Shown here: in pieces, positions 1 to 7,293 of the stretch
How the letters are laid out: every line of letters starts with the position of its first letter
Position numbering within the stretch: position 1 is the first letter of the stretch
NCBI GenBank assembly: GCA_043739185.1
Contig: JAYUEN010000034.1
Coordinates: forward strand, 1 to 63,205
Length of the DNA stretch: 63,205 bases
DNA from: Bdellovibrionales bacterium
GTDB taxonomy: Bacteria; Bdellovibrionota; Bdellovibrionia; Bdellovibrionales; JAMPXM01
Direction of reading: 5' to 3'
Program-made: the position numbers and the translations under genes
Notes under the pieces: generated by a model
The model's database searches: none
Told to the model about the DNA's origin: nothing
What the model saw: the letters and a program-made list of their open reading frames with translations, nothing else

Positions 1-575
1 GGCATCACTTCAAAACAGCCCACTAATACGGTCGGAATGATGGGAGCCTTTGCATTAACTGCAAACATAAACGGACCTTTTTTAAATTTTCCTATTTGCG
101 GTTGTTTCTGTCTTGTTCCCTCTGGCGCCAAGATAAAGCTTTCGCCTGCAGCGATTCTACTTTCGGCTTCTTTGTATACTTTGAAAACTTCGGTGCGATT
201 TTCTCTGACAATTGGCAGCGCTCCGGCCGCTCTCATACCATGGCCAAAAATGGGAATTTTAAAAAGTTCAATTTTAGCACCGAATCGAATTTGAATGTCG
301 GTCACCAAATGAACGGCAAGAATGTCAAAAATACTTTGATGATTAAATACAAATATGGCGCCACGCTGTCTAGGTAAATTTTCTCGGCCAAATGATTTCA
401 CTTCAATGCCGAGAATTTTAAGCGGAAGACTAACCCATGCGTAAATTATTATATTGACGATTTTTGTTTGCTTAAAACTTCCCAAAATAAAAATACTAAA
501 GGCAATAAAGAGAGTCCAAAGAATAAGAAATATATATCCAAAAAAACCGCGAACAATCGACCACAATAAAATCAT
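1..575 (-). CDS. plsC: 1-acyl-sn-glycerol-3-phosphate acyltransferase (partial, runs off the window start)
   Basis: Manual translation from ATG at 575: MILLWSIVRGFFGYIFLILW...GAIFVFNHQSIFDI, with the NHxSxxD acyltransferase motif. The start overlaps the upstream stop (ATGA). Not in the ORF track. Confidence 0.85.
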   Translation of the reverse strand, partial: MILLWSIVRGFFGYIFLILWTLFIAFSIFILGSFKQTKIVNIIIYAWVSLPLKILGIEVKSFGRENLPRQRGAIFVFNHQSIFDILAVHLVTDIQIRFGAKIELFKIPIFGHGMRAAGALPIVRENRTEVFKVYKEAESRIAAGESFILAPEGTRQKQPQIGKFKKGPFMFAVNAKAPIIPTVLVGCFEVM

Positions 576-1702
576 ACTTCATGACCTTCAAGGTGATCTC
601 CGAAGACACGCGCACGAGCTTTGATGCGTTGGCGACTTTTATACTCATCATGTGCCATTGGCCCACTTTGATTTTTTAAAAAGGTAGAGTGATCCATGAT
701 CTGCACTTCATAAGGATAAAAAAATCTAAAAATTCTGGCATTTTGCCCGGTACCCACATTCACCGTCACCAGTTTACGATTAATGAATTTAATAAATTTA
801 TAATCGGCACCCGAAAAAGCATTTTCTTTTTCTAAATATTGAGCATTGTATTTTGATTTTTTCAAACTTTCAATCAGGCGTTTTTCAAGTTCAACTTCTT
901 GTTTAGGCCATTCGGTCTTTGATACCATCTTTTTTTCAGCGATCAGTTCATTCATGACTTCTAAAAACACATTGAGTGGATAAAGCGTATTATTACTTTG
1001 ATCTGGAATAATATGGGCAAAACTAATAATATGATGTTCAACCAAAAATCGGATCACTCGAAAAGAATCAAAAACGTTATTCGTAACAAAGCGCACCCCC
1101 AATTTATCGAGTAAAGTAAGCGCCACTCGCTCTGGCCGCGCTAACAATTTGATCACTGAACTCGAGGTCGTTTTGAAGGGTTTGATATTGAACTTATTGA
1201 GCTCAACATCTCCAAATTGATGGCCCCGACCCAAAATAATTTTATCATTAAATGATTCGATACTTTCTTGAATGGGGTTTAAAATTTGCCCCTGAATCTC
1301 GTCATTGAATGCTGAGAATAAATCATTTTTTAAATGAACGTAAACATGCATCACCCGCAAAATGGCACAGGCCCATTTACGAAGTTCGCGCTTATCTTTT
1401 GCCTTTTCGCTGGCAAACATCAAGAGCTGACCGAGATCGCCAAGGGCTTCTTGGGTTGCGAGTTCAGCTGGGATTTTTTCTTCGCCCTCAAGCAAATGAT
1501 CCTGAATCATCCCAATGGCACGTTGATAAGATGCCCAAAGTTGTTCACGATCTGAGAAAGAATTGAGGTCATAGCCGTACGCGAGTACAAACTGACGGGC
1601 TTGATCTTTGTCACGCACATTGAGGCGCGGAATATCAAGTACTGAGACGCCACCAACGACACAGTTAAAGACCGGTGCTTGAAATGTAAAATCGATATTC
1701 AT
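572..1702 (-). CDS. TIGR04552/TIGR04562-like protein with RelA/SpoT-synthetase-like nucleotidyltransferase motifs
   Basis: 376 aa; motifs DKLGVRFV, YEVQI and AHDEYK. Family assignment is from recall. Confidence 0.7.
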   Translation of the reverse strand: MNIDFTFQAPVFNCVVGGVSVLDIPRLNVRDKDQARQFVLAYGYDLNSFSDREQLWASYQRAIGMIQDHLLEGEEKIPAELATQEALGDLGQLLMFASEKAKDKRELRKWACAILRVMHVYVHLKNDLFSAFNDEIQGQILNPIQESIESFNDKIILGRGHQFGDVELNKFNIKPFKTTSSSVIKLLARPERVALTLLDKLGVRFVTNNVFDSFRVIRFLVEHHIISFAHIIPDQSNNTLYPLNVFLEVMNELIAEKKMVSKTEWPKQEVELEKRLIESLKKSKYNAQYLEKENAFSGADYKFIKFINRKLVTVNVGTGQNARIFRFFYPYEVQIMDHSTFLKNQSGPMAHDEYKSRQRIKARARVFGDHLEGHEV

Positions 1703-1757
1703 GCTCCAAAGCTAGTCCTCCCCCAAATAAGATTCAAGTTGTTTTAGAGCCTGTCCA

Positions 1758-1803
1758 ACAGTCTGTCTGGCAGTCTGTCTGGCAGTCTGTTTGGCAGTCT
1801 GGT
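1758..1803. repeat. 12-bp tandem repeat (GGCAGTCTGTCT, about 3.5 copies) between divergent genes
   Basis: acagtctgtct ggcagtctgtct ggcagtctgttt ggcagtctgg. Confidence 0.85.
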
Positions 1804-1861
1804 CGAGGTCCTTTGACCAGTTAAGTTCGACAAGGCCCCACTTTCTTGTTAAGCTCGTAAA

Positions 1862-3286
1862 ATGGCGGCAGCTACAACACAGGGCACACAAAAATATTTT
1901 AGCAAACATCCTCATTTTAAGGCTAAAAAACTTGGGAGCACAGGCTTTCTCATTTCACCTTTCGGCTTTGGCAGCTATCGCATTAGCGCTTCAGAACCGG
2001 CACATCTTGAAGCCTTGAAAAAGGCCATCGAATCCGGCATCAACCTCATTGATACCAGCAGCAACTATGGCGATGGTAGTGGCGGTGCTGAAAAATTAAT
2101 AGGTCAAGCACTCGACGATTTAGTTCGGGTCGGCAAAATAGAGCGTAGCGAAATTGTGATTGTTACCAAAATTGGATATTTGCAAGGCAAAACGCTGCAG
2201 GAGGCAAAAAGTCGCATAGAAAATAATCAGGCCTGGCCTGATATGGTAACTTACCAAGAAAATTGCTGGCATAATATTTCGCCTGAGTTTCTAAATGATC
2301 AAATCAATAGCGCACTTAGTAATTTGCGCTGCGAATGTTTAGACGTTTTGCTTCTTCACAATCCCGAGTATTTTCTTAAAACTTCACATCAAAAAGAAAT
2401 TTACTATGCAAGAATAAAAAAGGCATTTGAGTTTCTTGAAACTCAAGTAGATTCCGGACGAATTCAATACTACGGCATATCAAGTAATACTTTTATTGAT
2501 CCAGAAAATTCTTTTGAAAATACCTCGCTTGAAAAGTGCTTTCAGCTCGCCAAAGAGGTTAAAAAAAATCATCACTTTGCGGTTGCACAATTTCCGTTCA
2601 ATTTATACGAAAGTCAGGCCGCACTTCTAAAAAATAATTCTGGAAAAACCCTTTTAGAGTTTGCCGCAGAAAACAAAATTGGAACCTTAGCAAATCGTCC
2701 GCTCAATGCCTTACTCAGAGGACAAATGAATCGTTTGGTGAGTTATCCAAATTACGATATTGTCGAAGTCAAAGGTGATATGCATCGTGCACTTGGCCGA
2801 GTCATTGAACTTGAAAAAAAGAATGTGAGCCAAGGAAAAACCCAGGGCTTGATGTGGGGCCATGCCTTACGAGAAAATTTACAACAATTAGATGACATTA
2901 TTGAATGGCGAGATACTTTGTACCGCCAAATTTTACCTTCATTTGAAAATGCTCTCAGCCGCCTACCCACAAGTTCAGGGAAATGGGCACAAGAGTATCG
3001 CGAAAGCGCTCTCGAGCTACTTGCACTGGTTACTAAAAACCTTGAAAGTATTGGGGCGCAAAGAGCCCGGGTTTTGATTGATCACATTGCTGAAAAGAGT
3101 CCTGATTTAAAATTCGCAGCAAGCCTCTCAAGCAGCGTCCTAAGCCTTTATTCGAGCTTGGGTTCGCTCAGCAGTGTATTGGTCGGCATGCGTACCCCTG
3201 AATATGTAGATGATTGTTTGAGATCCAATAAAAATATTCCTGAAAAAATGGTGCTTGAAACCCTTCAGAGCTTTTCTAAGAGATAA
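1862..3286 (+). CDS. aldo/keto reductase family protein
   Basis: GFGSY, GINLIDTSSNYG, TKIG, LLLHNPE and YYGISSN motifs. Confidence 0.85.
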   Translation: MAAATTQGTQKYFSKHPHFKAKKLGSTGFLISPFGFGSYRISASEPAHLEALKKAIESGINLIDTSSNYGDGSGGAEKLIGQALDDLVRVGKIERSEIVIVTKIGYLQGKTLQEAKSRIENNQAWPDMVTYQENCWHNISPEFLNDQINSALSNLRCECLDVLLLHNPEYFLKTSHQKEIYYARIKKAFEFLETQVDSGRIQYYGISSNTFIDPENSFENTSLEKCFQLAKEVKKNHHFAVAQFPFNLYESQAALLKNNSGKTLLEFAAENKIGTLANRPLNALLRGQMNRLVSYPNYDIVEVKGDMHRALGRVIELEKKNVSQGKTQGLMWGHALRENLQQLDDIIEWRDTLYRQILPSFENALSRLPTSSGKWAQEYRESALELLALVTKNLESIGAQRARVLIDHIAEKSPDLKFAASLSSSVLSLYSSLGSLSSVLVGMRTPEYVDDCLRSNKNIPEKMVLETLQSFSKR

Positions 3287-3311
3287 AGCTTTTTTGCTTG
3301 TCGAGATTTAA

Positions 3312-3411
3312 ATCAGTTTTAACGGCAGCAGCGGCAGTCAGCCGCTTGGCAGTTTCGGTTTATGAACCAGTCGCCGCTAACGCTAACTGGTTTCGGGGTG
3401 CCTGCCTCTGA
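3312..3411 (+). repeat. dispersed intergenic element, copy 1 (REP/MITE-like)
   Basis: ATCAGTTTTAACGGCAGC-N22-GTTTC...TGCCTGCCTCTGA; matches four other copies. Confidence 0.85.
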
Positions 3412-3421
3412 TGTTTTTTAG

Positions 3422-4084
3422 TTAAGCGGCTTTTTTCAACAGGACATGATTCATTTCGGCTTGCAATCTTGCTTGGTCCTCGGCCCAAAGTGGCTGAGCT
3501 TCGGTGAAAATTTTCACTAGCTTCGAATCAAATTGTCGACCCGCAAAATCGAGTAGTTCTTTGTGCGCTACTTCAGCAGGCAAGCCTCTACGATAGGCGC
3601 GCATCTGAGTCATGGCATCGAAAGTGTCGGCAACTAAAATAATTCTAGATTCGATGGGTACATTGTCTCCGACTAATTTATTCGGATAACCTAAGCCATC
3701 AATGCGTTCGTGGTGATGAAGAATTCCTGGGATCATTGCTTTAAAAAATGCATGATGGGTCAGCGGATTGATAATCTCGGCCGATTTCACGGGATGAATC
3801 TTCATAATCTCATATTCTTCAGCCGTTAATTTACCAGGCTTAAGCAAAATGGCATCTGGTATTGCGACTTTTCCCACATCATGAAAAAGAGCCGCAAATT
3901 CAATCACGCGCGAATGATAATCACTTAAACCAGAAGCAACTGCTAACAATCTACTGAGATGACTGACCCGCATACAATGATAAAATGTATCAGGATCTTT
4001 TGCATAAACAGACTTCATAACCGACTTGGCTATACTATGTGTCCATTCTGGAATATCGCCCCACATAAATTTCCCCCAGATCAC
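3422..4084 (-). CDS. HD-GYP domain c-di-GMP phosphodiesterase
   Basis: HCMRV, FHDVGK, HHERIDGLGYP and VADTFDAM motifs all intact. Confidence 0.9.
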   Translation of the reverse strand: MIWGKFMWGDIPEWTHSIAKSVMKSVYAKDPDTFYHCMRVSHLSRLLAVASGLSDYHSRVIEFAALFHDVGKVAIPDAILLKPGKLTAEEYEIMKIHPVKSAEIINPLTHHAFFKAMIPGILHHHERIDGLGYPNKLVGDNVPIESRIILVADTFDAMTQMRAYRRGLPAEVAHKELLDFAGRQFDSKLVKIFTEAQPLWAEDQARLQAEMNHVLLKKAA

Positions 4085-4313
4085 AATCTACAAACAATAA
4101 TCTGCCTTAACTTATCGGCTTCTAGGCGTAGAACTAGAGTTAAGATTTTCTTGGAATGGTACGATTTAAGGTCCCATTCTAGTCCGTAAAGCAAAAAGGC
4201 AATTTTAGGCAAATATAGAGGGCTCGCCGAAGGTATTGTTTCAAAGTGAAGCGCTCCGAAATGAGAATAAATTTATAAACTTTGAAAAATTATTTTCACG
4301 GCTTTTAGACCCA

Positions 4314-4426
4314 ATCCATTTTAACGGCAGCCGCAGCGGTCAACAGCCAAACTGTTTCTGGCTCGGGTTTCTGGCTCTGACTATGGATCAGCTGCCGCTC
4401 ACTGAATTCAGCTTGCCCGGCCCTGA
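4314..4426 (+). repeat. dispersed intergenic element, copy 2
   Basis: ATCCATTTTAACGGCAGC-N22-GTTTC...ACTGAATTCAGCTTGCCCGGCCCTGA. Confidence 0.8.
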
Positions 4427-4442
4427 AATTCTCGACACTTAA

Positions 4443-5396
4443 CTAGCCCGTCTTCTTTTTATAAGATTGCCAAATGCCCTTTGCGTACAAGCGAGAAGCC
4501 TCTTGCCACTCTCGGTCGGTGATCGCATGAGAAAGTCTGCGCATTTTTCCTTCTGGCTGCACTTCAGGATCTAAAAAGATTTTCGCAAAACTGGGGTGCT
4601 CATCAAAGTTGGGGCTAAGCTCAAACATCAATGCCACAAAGCCTGCTAAATCTGAAATAGTTGCGAGATGGTAACTTCTCGCCCGCTTCAAGCCAATCTC
4701 AATGCGGTCATAGAGAACCTCTTTCCCGATAAACTGTACGACCTTCGAGTGATAGCTCCGCAAATGCCAATAAATTAATTTGACCAAATCACCTTCAATT
4801 GCGTTTCTGCATTGCTGAAGTTGTTCTTGAGACAAGTGCAAAAGACATTCCTCTGGCTTTTGCAAAGACAAAAGTTGTGCCTCAGATTTACTTGCGGGAC
4901 TCATAAATTTGACTTCAAGATCATCGAGATTGGGTAATCCAATCATATCAATTGGACCAAAAAACATACTCTTTTCAAAATCACTCCACATGGTGAAGAG
5001 TGTTTCTAAAACAGCCGCATCATGAAAGCGCAGAAAATACGGACTTCCTTCTGGGCCCTTGGTTATAATGAATTTTTGCAAATGTGCTCCAAGTTGAGCC
5101 ATTGAAACCGGTGCCACGATGAAAATTCCCCAACGCTCAGTTGAAAGTGAAAAATTAAACCAATTTAGGGCCTGGGAATTTACTTCAACTAGTTGGGGCG
5201 GCTGATAGTACACTTTATCCCATGCGATCATTTCGAAGAGTTCGGTGTCGGTATCCTTTATGTCCAAACGCTGCGTAGGCAAATCAAAGGGAATTTGAAA
5301 AAATGGATCAACTAAGGCGAATAGGCGCTTTTGTGAAGCATATTCAGTTAATTTCTGCTGCAAACTCAGGTTTCTCTCGACTACGAAGTTATCCAT
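4443..5396 (-). CDS. DUF4123 domain protein (T6SS effector adaptor/Tap-1-like)
   Basis: WGIFIV...LGAHLQKFI...PEGSPYFLRFHDAAVL resembles the DUF4123 LRFYDPRVL signature. Start placed at ATG 5396; the ORF extends to 5561. Confidence 0.7.
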   Translation of the reverse strand: MDNFVVERNLSLQQKLTEYASQKRLFALVDPFFQIPFDLPTQRLDIKDTDTELFEMIAWDKVYYQPPQLVEVNSQALNWFNFSLSTERWGIFIVAPVSMAQLGAHLQKFIITKGPEGSPYFLRFHDAAVLETLFTMWSDFEKSMFFGPIDMIGLPNLDDLEVKFMSPASKSEAQLLSLQKPEECLLHLSQEQLQQCRNAIEGDLVKLIYWHLRSYHSKVVQFIGKEVLYDRIEIGLKRARSYHLATISDLAGFVALMFELSPNFDEHPSFAKIFLDPEVQPEGKMRRLSHAITDREWQEASRLYAKGIWQSYKKKTG

Positions 5397-5581
5397 TGTT
5401 GACCTACTCGGCAGTTTGTTCTTCGCATCTTTAGTCTTTTTCGATTGCGCACGGCGTGGCTTTGATGATTTTTTTGGATTCTGTTTTTTGTAAAATGCTT
5501 TGTTGAAAAGAACGACACAAGAATCAACTTTCTCGCTGCGTCCCATATCAAATCGATGCACTTGATAATCTGCTCTTTGAA

Positions 5582-6655
5582 GTGAATACTTTTACGATGC
5601 AGACTTGTTCATCTCAAATTTCGACATCTCTTAAGTTGTATCTAATCCTCTCCTTAATTTACTTTTGCTCATGCACCAACCTCAAAGAAAAGCCCGAATC
5701 TCTTCATGATACTCAAGTCCCTTTGGCCAAGTCAGTCGAAGCCTCAACTGCAATCGTCTCTCCTGCGCCGATTACAAGTTTATCACTTCCGACCGAAAAA
5801 CCCGCACGCGATGAATCTAGCGAAGTTTCAAAAAACTCCTTGAGCATATTTGAAACCTGCGTTTCAAGTCTTAAGAAATTAAATTTGAAACAACGTTTAA
5901 AGGCCATTGATTCACTTTGCAAAGAGGCGAAAGAGTTGCATGGCTGCACGAGCGTTGAAGGGCATAAGATTTTTTATTTTGATCATCAGGGCGTGGGTAG
6001 CACTGGAGCAGGAGAGCGGCCGGCCCAAAAAATCCTAAGTTTCTCTCTCATTCACGGCGATGAAGAAGAAAGTGCCGCCGTAACCCTTGCCTGGATTGAT
6101 CGACTCAATTCGATTGAGCCGAGAAATTCTTGGCGAGTGATTCCCATTTTGAATCCGGATGGCTGGGGCCGAAAAACCCGAACCAATGCTCACGGCATTG
6201 ATGTCAATCGCAATTTTCCGAGCAAAGATTGGCATGAGTCAGCACTTAAATACTGGAAGTCCGAAACCAAAGAAAATGCCCGAAGATTCCCGGGAGATGA
6301 GCCCGGGAGTGAGCCCGAAACCAAATGTGCAATGGCGCAAATTGAGGACTTCAAACCAGACTTTATTATCTCCATTCATACGCCACTCGGAGTTCTCGAT
6401 TTTGACGGCCCAAAGATCGCAGCACCTGCATTTGCGCCACTACCCTGGGTCTCCCTCGGAAATTTTCCGGGCAGTCTTGGTCGGTATATGTGGATCGATC
6501 GCGGAGTTCCGGTTTTAACCGTTGAGCTAAAGCGTGATGGCTTTAAACATCTTGAAGAGTTTGATCGGCTGCAAGACGCCACAGGCACCGTGGCAATTCA
6601 GGCTGAAAAACTACTTAAAAAGAAAAAGTCCGCAGATCTGCTTCCGGGCGCATGA
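5582..6655 (+). CDS. exported M14 zinc carboxypeptidase, murein peptide amidase A-like
   Basis: IHGDE, NPDG, NRNFP, SEPET, SIH and TVE motifs; lipoprotein-like N-terminus. Confidence 0.85.
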   Translation: MNTFTMQTCSSQISTSLKLYLILSLIYFCSCTNLKEKPESLHDTQVPLAKSVEASTAIVSPAPITSLSLPTEKPARDESSEVSKNSLSIFETCVSSLKKLNLKQRLKAIDSLCKEAKELHGCTSVEGHKIFYFDHQGVGSTGAGERPAQKILSFSLIHGDEEESAAVTLAWIDRLNSIEPRNSWRVIPILNPDGWGRKTRTNAHGIDVNRNFPSKDWHESALKYWKSETKENARRFPGDEPGSEPETKCAMAQIEDFKPDFIISIHTPLGVLDFDGPKIAAPAFAPLPWVSLGNFPGSLGRYMWIDRGVPVLTVELKRDGFKHLEEFDRLQDATGTVAIQAEKLLKKKKSADLLPGA

Positions 6656-6975
6656 CTTAGCTTTGAGCTTACTATTTAGATGGCCAGAAAGCATTTTTGC
6701 CCTTGAAAAAAGCAACCCCAAATTGCAACAAAAAACTTAGAAATTTGAATTAAATTTTGCTCAATTTTTGCCATACTAAAATCGCGCTTGTATAGTTTTC
6801 GAGCATGACTTTGCTAGGCCTTTAGACAGATTTGGACGACGCGCGTTTATCTAATACCTGCCCAAAAAACTGCTTGAAACCTAATAAAATTGAGCAAGCT
6901 TGGATAGCTAAGACCATTTCAGGAGGCCATTCTTCGGGCCTAAAAAATAATTATCGAGAATTTCTTAAATGCCCT

Positions 6976-7005
6976 TTGACAGAATTTCAAATGCCGTACT
7001 AGCGT
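6976..7005 (+). promoter_or_regulatory. putative sigma70 promoter for nrdAB
   Basis: TTGACA at 6976-6981 and TAGCGT 18 nt downstream. Confidence 0.35.
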
Positions 7006-7293
7006 CGAACTTGTGATGGGGAATTTAGACGGAAAAAACCTTGAGGGGGGTGGCTTTCAATGTCTGATTTAATTCTTCAGCCCAAGCGCGATTTCTTAAT
7101 TTGCGCTGGATTGTTCATACAAAAATTTTGTTTGTTTGAACGCTCATGATTTTTGCAAAAAAAATGCATATTTTTATGCAAATTTTTTCGCAAAAAATTT
7201 GAGTGGCGGGACCCTTTTCACTCTTTTGAGGTGTCGTAACCTTAAGAGATCGACATTGTTGACAGCATCCCCGAAGAGCAGCCAGGAGGCAGC

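Noticed and set aside
5397..5561. Lys-rich N-terminal extension of the DUF4123 ORF
   Set aside because: Low-complexity sequence that would occupy the divergent promoter region; ATG 5396 is the more plausible start, though unproven.
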